Shown here: positions 17,059-32,293 of the stretch, piece after piece
How the letters are laid out: every line of letters begins with the position of its first letter
Numbering within the stretch: position 1 is the stretch's first letter
Assembly: GCF_009914755.1 (NCBI RefSeq)
Contig: NC_060930.1
Length of the DNA stretch: 64,000 bases
Reading direction: 5' to 3' (one strand)
DNA from: the human T2T-CHM13v2.0 reference genome, Homo sapiens
The notes under the pieces: model-generated
Seen by the model: the letters and a program-made list of their open reading frames with translations, nothing else
Told to the model about the DNA's origin: nothing
Databases searched by the model: none
Position numbers and translations under genes: made by a program

Positions 17059-18059
17059 GATTTTATTCTATTTGTTTGTTTTATTTTTAATTGACACATA
17101 ATAATTGTGTGTTCTTACCACAAATAAATGATAAATGTTCGAGGTGGATATGCTAATTATCCTAATTTTATCATTATACATTGTACACAACGTACAGGTA
17201 TGCCAACGACACAACCTTCTTCCTTAGGCCAATGTATAGGGATGCTATATGGCACAATCCTCTTCCTTAGGCCAAGAACACTAAACCAAATTTCACCCTT
17301 TTCTTGATGACCTAGGGTTACTGTTGTCTTTAGAATAATGGCCTCAATAGTTACGAAGGTGTTTTTGCTACCCTATTATTATTATTGTTTCTTCTGCGTT
17401 TATATTTGTCTTTTATAGCTTTCTGTTACTGTAACAACTGTTACTTCTTACAGTTGTCAGTGGGCCTGCTTCTACCACTGATCTCCGTACTTATACTTTG
17501 TATGGACTAAAAAGTCACTTTGGCTGTAAGCCACTTTTTGCTTACTTGTTGAGTTTTGTCTATGTTATGATTAACTATGGTAACATCAAGTAAGTTACAT
17601 GTGTAAAGTAAATAGTTACGTCACAATAGCAAGGAAGGCAATCTTCCTTTTTAAAAAAATTGTTAGAGATTAAAGAATTTCAAAACTTCATTATCTCTAA
17701 CTAAAAATAGCTCTTTCTGCCTGGACGCTGAAATTACCTCATATGTCTCTTAATAAGATGACTGGAAGGGGAATAATTAAAATAGCAACTATTACTGGCT
17801 ACTGGGATTATGCCAGGCTCTTTACATCCATTTCTATCCATCTTTGCAATATCCACAGAAGAGAACTATTATTCCCATGCTGCAGATGAGAAAGTTGAAG
17901 CTAAAAAAGGTTTAACAGCAAGCTTAAGGTCACAAAGCTAGTAGGTGGCATATCTGAGATTTGGTCACTAGACTATTTGATGCTCAATCCCATGAACTTT
18001 CCACTATGCCAATGAAGTATGGAAATAACCAGTGTTTACCTATAAGAAAACCCAAAGGT

Positions 18060-18338
<279 letters not shown>

Positions 18339-19099
18339 CTAACAATACAATGACTTACTTTCTCTCTCCAAAAATTCCTCAAAACAACCACATAATTTAA
18401 TGGTTAAGAAGAATCCTGAAACTTCCTACTCCGACAAAGATGGAGTCTAAGGGACCAGGCATATTCTCCTACCTTAAACCAATTTAAAAAACAGAGAAAA
18501 TAGATGAAACAAAATTTTCAGACATTAGACAACAAAAAGCACAGGAAAACCTACAGATCCAAGAAGCTCAATGAATTCTACACACAAGAAACACGAACAA
18601 AGCTACTGTAAGCACATCATGATGAAATTGCTCAAAAACAGTAGAAAGTATCAAAAGCAGCCAGAGAAAAAAGAACAAAGGTAAGGATGAAAAAAGATTT
18701 GTCAGAAACTTTTTGCAATGCAAAAAGTTTGTCAGAAACAATGCAAGTGAGAAAATGGCGGAGCAACTTTTTTAGAGTAATAAAACAAAATACTGCCACA
18801 ATATTTTCCAAAAATGAAGGCAAAAATGAAGGCTTTTTCAGTCTTCAGTCTATAGTAATAAATACAGGTGGCTGTTGGTGAAACAATAGACCTATAGATA
18901 AATAGAACAGAATTGGAAGTTCAGAAATAAACCGACACACATAAAACCAACTGATTTTTGACAATAGTACTAAGGCAATTCAATGAGGAAAAGACAGTAT
19001 TTTCAAAAAATGGTGTTAAAAAAAGAACCTAAACCTTACCTCACACTATATGCAAGAATTAGCTCAAAATGTATCAAAGACCTAAATGTAAAAGCTAAA

Positions 19100-19803
19100 A
19101 TTATAAAATAATTTTATATTATTTATATATTATATATTTATATATATACATAATTATATATTTATATATATAAATATATATTAAATTATATATTTATATA
19201 TATATTAAATTATATATTTATATATATATTAAATTATATATTTATATATATATATTAAATTATATATTTATATATATATTAAATTATATATTTATATATA
19301 TATATTAAATTATATATTTATATATATAAACATATATTAAATTATATATTTATATATATAAATATATATTAAATTGTATATTTATATATATAAATATATA
19401 TTAAATTGTATATTTATATATATAAATATATTATTAAATTATATATTTATATATATAAATATATATTAAATTATATATTTATATATATAAATATATATTA
19501 AATTATATATATAAATATATATTAAATTATATATTTATATATATATTAAATTATATATTTATATATATAAATATATATTAAATTATATATTTATATATAT
19601 ATTAAATTATATATTTATATATAAATATATATATATTAAATTATATATTTATATATATAAATATATATTAAATTATATATTTATATATATAAATATATAT
19701 TAAATTATATATTTATATATAAATATATATTAAATTATATATTTATATATATATTAAATTATATATTTATATATATAAATATATATTAAATTATATATAA
19801 ATA
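19100..19803. repeat. AT-only minisatellite, units ~TATATATATTAAATTATATATT
   Basis: About 700 bp with only about four non-A/T bases. Confidence 0.95.
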
Positions 19804-20860
19804 AAACAAATTTTTAGTGATCTTGGTTTGGCAAATATTTTAAAAATAAGACATAAAAAGCATAAAGTCTAGAAGAAAAAACTGATAAATTGCACTTCAT
19901 AAACATGAAACTTCTGTTCTTCAAAGACATTGTTAAGAAAATAAAAAGGTAAGCCACAGCTGAGAAAACATTTGTAAAATCTGTATCTGACAAAGCCTCA
20001 CATCTGAACCATATAAATATCTCTTAAAATTCAATAAGACAAAAAAAGTAAAAGTACTAAAAATATTTGAACAAATAATTCCCCAAAGAAGATACAAAGA
20101 TGGCAAATAAGCACATCGTATGTCCAGTATTATTATCTATTAGGGAAATGCAAATAAAAACCACAAGAGGATACCATTACATATTCACTAGGATGGCTAA
20201 AATTAAAAAGACTGACCATACCAAGTCTGAGCAAGCATGTGGAGCAATGGGAGCTCTGAAATACAGCTGGTGGGAATGTAATATGGCACAGTCATCTTAT
20301 AAAACAATTTGGTATTTCTGTAAAAAGTATAATATACGTCTACCACAGGACCCGGATATTCTACACAGGACCCGGATATTCTACTCCTAGGTCTTTACTC
20401 AAGAGAAATGGAAGTGTGTATCCACACAAACACTTGCATATGAATGTTCATAAAAGCTTTATTACAGTATAAGAGCCAAAAAAGGGAAAAACCCAAAGTC
20501 TATCAACAGGTGAATAGATTCACAAATTTGGTATATTCAGAAAATGGAATGCTATTCAGCAATAAAAAGGAGCAAACTACTGATAAACACCTCAACATGG
20601 ATGAACTGCAAAATAATTATGCTAAGTAAAAGATACCAGACCAAAAAAAAAGTACATATTGTATGATTCCATTTATATAAAATTCTGAAAAATAAAAAAT
20701 AATCTACAGTGACAGCAGATTAGTGGTTGTCTGAGATAGATAAAGGGGGAAGGAAGGGACAGATTACAAAGAAACATGAGGAATCCTGAGGACGATGAGT
20801 GTTTATTTTCTTGATTGTGATAATGGTTTCATGCAATCACATATATGTCAAAACTCAGTT

Positions 20861-21152
20861 AACTGGACGCGGTGGCTCTTGCCTGTAATCCCAGCATCTT
20901 GGGAGACTGAGGTGGGCAGATTGCTTAAGCCCGGGAGTTTGAGACCACCATGTAGAAATGGTGAAATCCCATTTCTACAAAAAAATACAAAACTCAGCCA
21001 GGCATGGTGGTGTGCACCTGTAGTTCCACCTACTCAAGAGGCTGAAGTGGGAGGATTGCTTGAGCCCAGGAGGTCAAGGCTGCAGTGAGCTGTTGAGTTG
21101 TGCTTGTGTCACTGCACTCCAGCCTGGGTGACAGAGTGAGACCATGTCTCAA

Positions 21153-21201
<49 letters not shown>

Positions 21202-21204
21202 GAC
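20861..21204 (+). mobile_element. AluJ whose tail is a (CA)n microsatellite
   Basis: Diverged Alu to ~21150, followed by (CA)n. Confidence 0.85.
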
Positions 21205-21285
21205 AAATCCTCAGTAATTTGTACACTTTAAGTATGTGCAGTTTACTGAGCATCAACTGTATCTCAACAAAGCTGTAAAACAAAG

Positions 21286-21648
21286 TGTATTAGCTCGTTT
21301 TCATGCTGCTGCTCATAAAGACATTCCCGAGACTGGGCAATTTACAAAAGAGGTTTAGACTCACAGTTCCACATGGCTGGGGGAGGCCTCACAATCATGA
21401 CGGAAGGCAAGTAGGAGCAAGTCACATCCTACGTGGATGGCAACAGGCAAAGAGAGAGCTTGTGCAGGTAAACTCCCATTTTTAAAACCATCAGATCTTG
21501 TGAGACCCATCCACTATCATGAGAACAGCACAGGAAAGACCCACCCCCATGATTCAATCATCTCCCACTGAGTCCCTCCCACAACACATGGGAATTACGG
21601 GAGCTACAAGAGGAGATTTGGGTGAGGACACAGAGCCAAACCATATCA
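21286..21648 (-). mobile_element. THE1 solo LTR
   Basis: TG...CA termini and a perfect 5-bp TSD CAAAG (21281-21285, 21649-21653). Confidence 0.92.
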
Positions 21649-21719
21649 CAAAGTATTTACTGTGATAAACTCTCCATAAATATTAGCTATTATTATTTTT
21701 AATATATGAAGCCTTTAAA

Positions 21720-21920
21720 ACAGTGCTGTGCAATTGCAATCTTTTGGCTTCCCTCGGCCACACTGGAAGAAGAACTGTCCTGGGCCACACATAAAATACA
21801 CTAACGATAGCAGATGAGCTTAAAAAAAATGCAAAACAAATTTCATAATGTTTTAAGAAAGTTTAAGAATTTGTGTTGGGCCGCAGGCAGCCCGTGGGCC
21901 GTGTGTTGCACAGGTTTGCT
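21720..21920. mobile_element. MER30 (hAT)
   Basis: CAATCTTTTGGCTTCCCT...GGGCCACACATAAAATACACTAACGATAGC. Confidence 0.8.
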
Positions 21921-24900
21921 CTAAAATAAACAGAAAAAAAAAAAAAATGAGAGGAAATCTGTACTACTTCTCTGAAAGGGTACGAGTGATTTACGAATTT
22001 ATCTCCAGTTCACAAATGGAGAAGAACCTATCAAAGCTTCAAATTCCCTGAGATGTCAGGAAATCTAAGTTATTTCCAGTTCAGAAAGAGGAAAAACCTA
22101 TCAAGGCCTCAAGCTCCTTGAGATTCAGGAAATCTCCTCACTCCTCTCCACAGCACAGAGAATCCAGTCAGTCATAAAAATGTAACAAGAAACAACGAAA
22201 AACTTAAAAACCTAGAAATGCACAATCAGAATGTGACAACATCAAGAAAAGAAACCCTAGGTGTCCAATGCAAGTTTGATGAGTTGGAAAACACCCCAAT
22301 GTTTCCATAGCACTGGAGAATTTTCTAGTGCTCCAATGGAATAACACGACTTCCTCCTATACCTCTTTCCAGATCAGCAGTCTCCTGATCAGTCATTAAT
22401 CACCAGAGGTAATCAAGGCATGGGGATAATAATTTAACTGATTACTTATAACTAAGATATTATTCAGTGCTTTCTAAGTATCAGGCATACACTGAATCCT
22501 CATATGAGTCCTAAGAGCAAACTGAGGCACAGAGGACAAAATTACCTACCCAAAGTCACCCAACTAGTAGTAGAATCTGAAGTTAAACCCAGGCAGTCTG
22601 ATGCTGAAGTCTGCGTCTTTACCACAAAACTATACTATACTAAACATACTAGACATGTTTTTCTTACCTTTATAACATGCTGAGCATGAATCCTGTATGT
22701 TAGCACCAGTTTTTCTTTCCCCTAAACTGCCTCATGAAAATACTGTAGGAATTGAATTAAGCTACAAATGACAGGCTTTCAGCTAGAAGGTATTTTATAA
22801 ATTATTACAATTTCTTTAAAAAGTAATTCTATTAGCTTAGAAATCACTAAAATGGTATCCTTAAAATAGATCACCTTCTTTCTGCTTTTACTCAGTTTTA
22901 TGATTAATTTAGTACCTCTAAAACAAAGTAGTTTTACATATTGAAACATTCCTCACTGGGGAAAAAAAGGCCTATTTGATATTTTAGTACCCAACATTTC
23001 TTTTTAAGGCAAATTCCTTTCCTGCATATAAGATACTAAGAATTAATTTTGTTTCTACTAAAAACAAATGAGAAGTCAAATATACATTTCCTCTAGAGTA
23101 ATTTAACTTGAAATCAGCCTTCACATTTAGAAAAAAGAGCATAAAACTTTTTCATTATCAATGCTACACAAATATTTACTTTCACTATTTAATGATACAT
23201 TTAATTAATATGAGAGATACATATACATTTGTGTATATATATACACAGATGCAGAAATAGTGGTCAACTTTTTTGTTTCTCATGTGAGACATTTACTGAA
23301 CACCTGCTATGTGCTAGGCACTGTTACGTGAGATAGAGGTACAGCAGGGAACAAAACAGACACACATTTCTACCCTCATGGTACTTACATTCCAGACAGG
23401 TGAGTCAATTAACAAACAAATGGGAAGAACATATATACAGTATGTCAGATGATGATAAATCGAATGAGATAAAACAAGGCTGGAATTAGGAACGCAGTGA
23501 CTTATGGGTTTGGGGGAAACTGAGAAGAGAAGGGTGGCAGTCGCTCTTTTCAACAATCTGCCTTCAAAGATCTTTTGTTCATATCAAAGAGGGGAATATG
23601 TGGGAATGAATGGAAATCTGGTTCACCCCCTGGCCTAATAAGAAAGAATAAACCCAACGAATGGTGAGATATGAGGGACAAGAAGTCTTTTTAAGAGCAA
23701 AAAAGTCAGGTGAGTATTCCCTATGTCCAAAAAGGGCTACACGAATAAGCCCGAAGGGGATTATACAGTTATTTAGTTTCTTTTTATAATCTCATGATCT
23801 CACCAAAAATAATAATATTCCCACGTCCACCTCCAACTTATATATAATTCTTAAAATAAGAACACAGTTCAAAACAAAAATCACTATTAAATTCCACATT
23901 TGATCAAGGAATATGTGCCATGTGACTATCTCAACATAAAGTTTAGTATCTGAAACCAATTCTGTTAGTATAGACTGGTAAAACTAGATAAAAGGAAATA
24001 TTATGTAATTTTTTAAAGCATAAAAACTAGATAAAGCAAGATTAGGGAAAAACTGCTAGGTTTCTTAAAAAAATCAGATACATGCACACAAAGTTCTAGG
24101 TTTTCAAAAACAACTTCTCAAACCGTTCTGACAGAAATTAACATTTTTCCATTAATATATATACAAGTTAGTATGAGAATATACTCGTTTAAAATCAATT
24201 TGTCCTTTTGTATGGAAGTAATAACGTAGATAACTACATTATTCTATTATAGTCACATGATAAATTGCTTCTCATCTGAGCCAAAGGTTCAGGACTCTTT
24301 TAAAATTTTAGAATTATGGAGGAATCAAAGGCCTTTAAGACATTAAGTGTTCCCCTATGAGGAAATCCCTTTACAAGATCCCTGATACAATCTATTTCAC
24401 TGTTTGCCAGCGTTTTAAAAAAAGTAAGTTCCTCCTTATTTCAAATCCTCAATCCTGCCTCCCTCAATTTCCATCTATTTGTTTTAGCTCTTTCTTAGAA
24501 AAGATCAAAACAAGCTTATCCTATGTACCCCCAACCTTGGATGTGCTGCTATATACACTCTTACCCAGGGCCTCTTTTCTCCAGTTGAAACATGCCCAGT
24601 TCCTTCAACTCTCATTTCTTATACAATAACAGTGCCTGTATTTTAAAGATGCATGTATCATTTCATTTAAACCTCATCCTAAATCTATAAAAGTACAACT
24701 TCCTTCCTTCACTTAAAAAATTTACCTTATAAAAGAATGCTTAAGCTTCATAATTAGTCTCTCATGATGACAAACGTGCATATGTCTTACTCATCTTTTG
24801 TTTGTGGAAATGCTTTTTGAACCTAAATGAAGTTCTCAAAAGTCATACCAATGAGTCATTACTGGCCATTATTTATTTTTATTTATTTTTGAAGGAATGG

Positions 24901-25187
24901 GCCACGACATGCATAGCTATTAGCAGACTTAAAAAAAAAAATCACACAAAACAATTAATTTGTTTAGCATAAATGCTTAAAGCAGGTTTTTTTCAAGGTG
25001 TAGTCAATAGACCCTCTGAGAGTGCTTGTTAAAAATGGAGATTTCCAGATTTCTCCAGACTATGGAATCAAAATCTCTGGAATGGGGCCTTGGGGATCTA
25101 TAGTTGAGGAAAAACCTACATAATCTTTGGATACCTTGGGGTTTAAGCATCATGGCATAAAGATTTAAATTCAGCTTTTGCCTCCTA

Positions 25188-25439
<252 letters not shown>

Positions 25440-26990
25440 CTATAAAAATTCAGCCATTACCCAATCAATTGATCCTTTATGTATAATATTTATTTGACTA
25501 TTTAACTCTCTACCTAAATTAACATGAAGTGGCAATCGAATATGCTACCACATCACCATTGAACTGTACCAGTCCCTTAACACACACAGGATTATCATGA
25601 CAAAGTTTCTTAGCTTAAATTTAGCTAATATTGTAGTTTCCATCTGTCCCATGCAAATTCCTTTCAAACTGATTTGAAACCAACCGACTCCTAAGAACAG
25701 ACTGGATAAGAATGCAGCACTTTTCTATAGTTATTGAACATTGAATATCTGAATAAGCAATACTAGTTTCACATTCAGAATCTTCAGTATTGCTAGTGAA
25801 ATCCAAAAGCAAAAAGTGCTGAAGTCTTATTTTTATCTAGAGACATCTTGGTGGTGGTCACTATGGCAATGGCAATAAGTTCTTAGATCGTAAGATTTTC
25901 AGAAATTTGAATTCTTAGTCATTTTCAGGAAAAAGTTAAATTGAGCAGTTGAGGGTTTTTAAAGCTTTGCACACATGCATGTTAATACAGAAAAATTAAT
26001 TTTTTAATTAATCAAATTCAAGTTAGCAGCCCTTAAGACATCATAAAAAGGTAGAGTACTGACTCTGTGCAACCAGTCATCACATCTGGAAAAACATGCA
26101 ATGGGCTGGTCTTAGTGATTCTGAGATATGGAAATCCAAGGAACTGGTCTTCCTAGGATAGTGGAAATTTAGTCACTAAAAACATACCAGCACTTCTTGT
26201 AGGTGTTCACAGTCCTATTTTTGCTTGTTTTCAACAACATAACTTTGTCAGCTAAAATGCGGAAACTAGTTTCTCAGCCATCCAAAAATGGTTTAGTCTT
26301 TTAACAGGGAGGGAATTAGCATCCACTGACCATCTTATCTATTATGATGGATTTACACACATTCTCACCTAATCCTTACATGTTAACCAAGGACTCCTAT
26401 CCCAATTTCATTTCTCTTAACTTTTCAGTTTCCTTGTCTATTGTTTTATTTGTACAAGGTCATGGACTTCAACATAGGTATAAATCCTAAAGCCAATGCC
26501 TCTCAGAGGGAACAGGAATGATACATTATGGAATAAATTTAATACTCTCCTTCTTTAAAATGGAGAGCTACAACAGTAGGCAGGTCTCTGCTCTCAAACT
26601 TTTCAGGCACATTGAAATACAAATGAATATTAAAGAAGCGCTATCAAATCAATGAGCTTGGATTTCAATCTTGCTCTCTTCTGCCTGAGCTTCTAACCTC
26701 AGCTAAGTACCCTCATCTCCGTTAACTCTGGTTCCCATAGAAAGAGTGGATAATATCTAGAATTTGAAACTTACTCCTGAAGATAAAGGCTCATGAGAAA
26801 ATGTATTTGAAGGATTTTAAAAAATACACAGACCTATAACTTCTGCCCTGAGAATGGTAATTTATATTTAGAATGTGGCTAATAACAAGCAGAAAAGGCT
26901 GGTACTAGCTATTACTAGAACCAAAGAATTTTAGAGTGGGCAATCTTTTAAAGTAGTAGGCCCTTCTTCCAATTAAAAGATGAGGAAACT

Positions 26991-27293
<303 letters not shown>

Positions 27294-28134
27294 GAGAAAA
27301 CTTGAGTTAAATTATTTTATCCAAAGTCATATTGGTACAGGCAGAATAAAGACTACATGTCCAAGAAATAAAACATTTTATGTTTTCTGGAGTGTGCTTC
27401 ATTTAAGTGAAAATGAACTTTTTGGGTGTGATTTACTGCTCTTTTCAACTTCTGAAGTGGGACTAAATAGAATGAAATATGAAAATCTCAAAACCTAAGT
27501 ACTCCAGCCGTGACTTAGTAGACGTATTTGTAATATATTTTTGCAACCTCATCTCATAGAACATCACTAAGCAATGGTGATGGTGGTTAAACCAATATAT
27601 AAATACATTCGTCAAAACTCATCAAATTGAGCACTTCAAACTTATTAATTTTATTGCACATAAATTATATCTCATAAAAAGTAACTTTAAACAATTAGGT
27701 GTGGGAATGTAAACTTGCTAAAAGTAAGCTCCTCGAGGAAACACCGCCTTGTTCACGCCCATATCCTACCCCCGGCACTAGCACAATGTTGCTTGTGTAA
27801 TATGTACTTATGAATGAATATTAGCGCCCCCGAGGCTTAGACTGAACAGGTAAACGTTTAAAAAACGAATCATACGAGGGATACTCTTTTCACCAAGTTA
27901 TTGATAAAATCCTCGCATCAATTTAAATTCTGGTAACTTTAAACTGCATGTAAAGCAACTGCAGTCAGCATGTGCTGTACTATTTCAGAATGATTGATTT
28001 CACAGTGACCCAGATTCCAATATTCACTAGCGCCTTTCACGACCCATGAACCCTTCCTCCCCTAGGGAGCTTGGCATTTATGCAGCCTGCCGGCAGGCTA
28101 CACCCCCCCGAACGCGGAGTTTTGTGAGCAATCA

Positions 28135-28482
<348 letters not shown>

Positions 28483-28567
28483 TCACCCAGGACCTTCACC
28501 GCCGCTCCGAAAGAAACGCGCAGGGGAGGAACCTGCGAGACCTAAGGCCCGCCTCGGAGTCAGCCCC

Positions 28568-28687
28568 ATTGGTCAGACCTATCCCACCGGAAGCGATGAC
28601 CGCGGACAGGAAATTCCCGGCGTGCTGAGAGCGCATGCGCTAAGTCCTGCCGCGAGAAGGGCAGGCTGGGTGGTCGGCGGCTTCCGC
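28568..28687. promoter_or_regulatory. CCAAT box (ATTGG 28568-28572) and GABP/ETS sites (CCGGAAG 28587-28593, CAGGAAAT 28607-28614, GCTTCCGC 28680-28687)
   Basis: Direct motif matches within the promoter. Confidence 0.7.
28631..28640. promoter_or_regulatory. NRF1 site GCGCATGCGC
   Basis: Perfect palindromic NRF1 core ~180 nt upstream of the ATG. TFB1M is an established NRF1/GABP target. Confidence 0.85.
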
Positions 28688-28729
28688 CTGTGAGAGCCGG
28701 GGGAGAGCCGGGTGGACTAGGCTTCTCCT

Positions 28730-28791
28730 GGGCGGGCTATGGGGAGAGCGCCCAGGAGGGCGGGACGAGGCGGGGCCTGGACAGGGTGGGG
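28730..28791 (+). promoter_or_regulatory. GC boxes (SP/KLF) and G-run cluster
   Basis: GGGCGG at 28730 and 28758; GAGGCGGGG at 28767. Confidence 0.65.
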
Positions 28792-30629
28792 TTTTTCGGA
28801 GGAGTTGCTCTGAGAGGTGCAGCCGGTTTACTCCCGCCCTGAAGTTCCCAAGGGCTTCCGGCTCTTTAACGTTCTAAATACCTGTCTGTGAATATTAGAG
28901 GAAAAGCGGGTGCTTAGAGGCAAAGCTACTGTTTGTTAGCAATTCTTTCTTACTGTGAGGCGTTTTTAGAACCGCCGCTCTGCAGATGCTGCATGATGGG
29001 TTTTTAACTTCGTTCAGCCTCAGTTTTTTCATCAGTTAAATGGAGCTAATGTCTACCTCAAAATTGTGAGCACTAAATGAGAGAGATCGCCTGGTGTGCA
29101 CGTTCAGAACATAGTGCACGCATGGCATTGGGTAAGCTCCCACGTGATCAGTGGTGGCTGTTATTATTTGGCAGATGAATAATTGGCCAGTGTAAAGAGG
29201 TCATTCGATTTGCTAGGATTACAGCTAAGAACAGAGAGAAGACTGAAATATGAGTTCTGTCTTTCCGTTATACGAGATAAAAACAACGAAGCAAAAAAAA
29301 AAAAAAATTAAAGTTTCTCTGATAGGTGGGAGAATTTTGCTGTTTTAACCCTGCTTATGTTTGGACATTGCTGCGTTGATCACAAATGAATTTTAAAGTT
29401 TCTGTTCCTCAATTAGTAAGTTTTTAAAAAAGCTAATGGAAAACGAAACAACTATGGGTATGGATATAAAAATGAGGAGTACTTTGAAATTCCAGTGGAA
29501 AACTCAACCACCTTCTATAAAAGCTGTTTTAAAAGGAACTGAGATAATCTCCTAGCTTTAAAAAATAGTGATGACTACCATAGAGGTAAGGAGATTTGCC
29601 CAACGTGGCATCAAAATGTAGACTGGAAGTACAAACTCTTGATTCAGATATCTTATCGTCCAAAACACAGTATACCTGACAAAGCATTATTTCACAGTTA
29701 TATTCATTATTTCCCGTACTCCTCACAATGGTCCCATGTGAATGAGATTATTATTCTTAGTTTGCTGTGAAGAAATAGGGGAGGTGAGGTCATTTGACAA
29801 TGCCCAGAGTCAGACAGCAAAGTACAGAGAGAAGACAACCTGAGTTGTGTTTTTTCTGAGTTCTGATCTCACTGGCCACACTCAAGTATCAGCTTATTAT
29901 TTTTAAGTTAATATGTGTTAATTTTGTAACATCTAAATATATAGAAATACGAATCTAGGTGTAAACATAAGCTTACAGTTTTCATATGACTATTTAAAAC
30001 AATTGCAATAAATATATACAAAACCAATACAAATGGTCTTATTAATTGACAAGGATGAACACTGTTAAATCACGACACTTAGTGCTAACTGGCAGGTTTT
30101 CTTTTTTTTTTTTTTTTAAGTTTCAGCCTACCAGTGATCCAGTGTGCCATGTAATGACTGAATGTTCTCATTAGTTTTCTGGAGTCAAACTATTACCAAA
30201 TCTTTGTTCAATTTTTTTTCCATTGTCGCTTGTCTTTCTTTTGGAAGAATATGGAAGCTACATATTAAGTCTGCCTGCATCTGTTTTCAGTAGCTTGGAA
30301 ACAAGTGAATTTGAATTATTTGGCACTAATGCTACCATGAACACACACGTTGTGTAACAGGTATAAAGAGGATGTTCAGATGACCCCAAATATAATCACA
30401 TGAGCTTTTTAAAAGATTAACATCAACATAAAAACAAACTAAAATCTAAATGAGTGAAACACCTTTGCGTGGAGAATTTGTAGATTCCTGATAATTTGTC
30501 CCCAGATCTAAATATGAATTTATGGATGGTTTATACCATGCCATCTTCAATAACTGAACCTATTTATAAAGCAGCTTCCTTTGTTACTTAATTCTCATTT
30601 CAATTCTGTGATGTAGGTTCACAAAGATG

Positions 30630-31026
30630 TGTCTTAGTTCATTCCTGCTGCTATAACAAAATATCTGAGACTGGGTAATTTATAAAGAACAGAAATGTAC
30701 TTCTCACAGTACTGGAGGCTGAAAGTCCAAGATCAAGGAGCTGGCAAGTTTGTTGCCTTGTGAAGGCTGCTCTCTTTACCTCAAGATAGCATCTTGTTGC
30801 TGCATCCCCCAGAAAAGAGGAATGTCATGTCCTCACATGTCCAAAGGCAGAAGGGCAAAAAGGGATTAGCTAATTCCCTCCAGCTCTTCATAAGGTTGCT
30901 AATCCCATTTATGAGAGCTCTACCTCAATCAATTAATCACCCACTTAGGGCCTCCCTGTCAATATACTATCACATTGGTGATTTAGTTTCAGCACATGAA
31001 TTTTGGGGGACATTCAGACCATAGCA
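30630..31026 (-). mobile_element. MST/MLT1A-type MaLR LTR
   Basis: TGTCTTAGTTCATT...GAGACTGGGTAATTTATAAAG...ACATTCAGACCATAGCA. Confidence 0.8.
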
Positions 31027-32293
31027 CAGTGCTTTGCTAGTAAGTGGTGTAACTGAGTTTAGATCTTCTGACTGCACTGTGCTTTTTATTAACCTCTGAT
31101 ACGTGTTAAATAATTTTTTAACTGAGTTAAAAATTCTAGCTTAGGAGAATCTTCCAAGTTTTTAATAGTTCTTGAGATCCAATTTTTATCATAAATATCT
31201 AATCCTCAGTTTTTAATTTTCAGAAAATTATGCATAACTCCCTGCAAAAGCCTAAGAAATCAGCAGGGGGTGTTTTAGTAGTGTATTTCACATATTAATG
31301 CAAATGGTTTTATCCCTTAAAAGAGAGGTATGCAGTTTCATCAGTTTTGAAGCTTTGAAGTGTCTGCTTCATCTAGATACAGATTTTAATATGCTAAAAT
31401 ATTATAATTAATACAGAAATCACTAGCCCCACCTGTCAGTGAAGATGAAGAACTACAAATGATTCATGCTAAACTATATTGTAGTATTCTAATTTGCGTA
31501 AAATCCCAAAATGATTATGTAGGAAAATTACTTATTATTTTAGTATTTACTTTAATAAAAATGCATATGTGACTTTATTTGGTATAAGTGATTTAGTCTC
31601 TATTTATAGAAAAAGTGCTAATTTTAAAAGGTTGTCATTTTACCGTTCCCTGAAAGAGACTTGAAAGCTGCAGAGAGCAATATCTTCCTGCCATGTGGGA
31701 ATTTTCAGAGAAAATTAAATGTGGCTTGGAATTGCCAAATTGAACTTTATAAAATGACTATTATGGTATGTAAAGTGCCCTTTTCCGATAGTATTTTATA
31801 ATTACATATAATATGATTCAATGCTCCAGAGAAATACTAAGAGCTGCATTTCACACATATTTAGGGTTTTTTTTGTTTTAATGGCTCTTTGATGCACACT
31901 GTTCATTCACAAAGGAATCTAGTGACCTACCTAGAGGGAAGAAGGAAAAACGTGATAACTCTGAGCAGACGGACCAAATGCTTATTCTGTGGGGATAGAA
32001 GTAGGGCAACTTATGGCAACAACACGAGCTAATTGCCTGAGGGAACCATGGAACACTTACACTATTTTTGAAAATACAGCGTTTATCCCTGTTTCAAGCA
32101 GTATTTGAAAGCCTGCTCATTGTCCCCAAAGGTCTGTGAATTATTGCCAAGTATCCTAATAAGATGTTGAGGATGGGCAACTCGTTCGACTCAGGGAGCT
32201 ATGGGTAGGGCTTTTTCCTATACAGTAAGCAAACCTTTTTGTGAATGAAGAAAATATGCTAACAGCATTATAAACGAATTAGCCTTTATTATA

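Larger units (their letters stand above)
18400..21275 (+). mobile_element. Fragmented old L1M, interrupted by an AT minisatellite and AluJ
   Basis: ORF1/ORF2/3'UTR-like pieces; ORF 20100-20390 reads IREMQIKTT...RMAKIKK (L1 ORF2 C-terminus). Confidence 0.7.
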
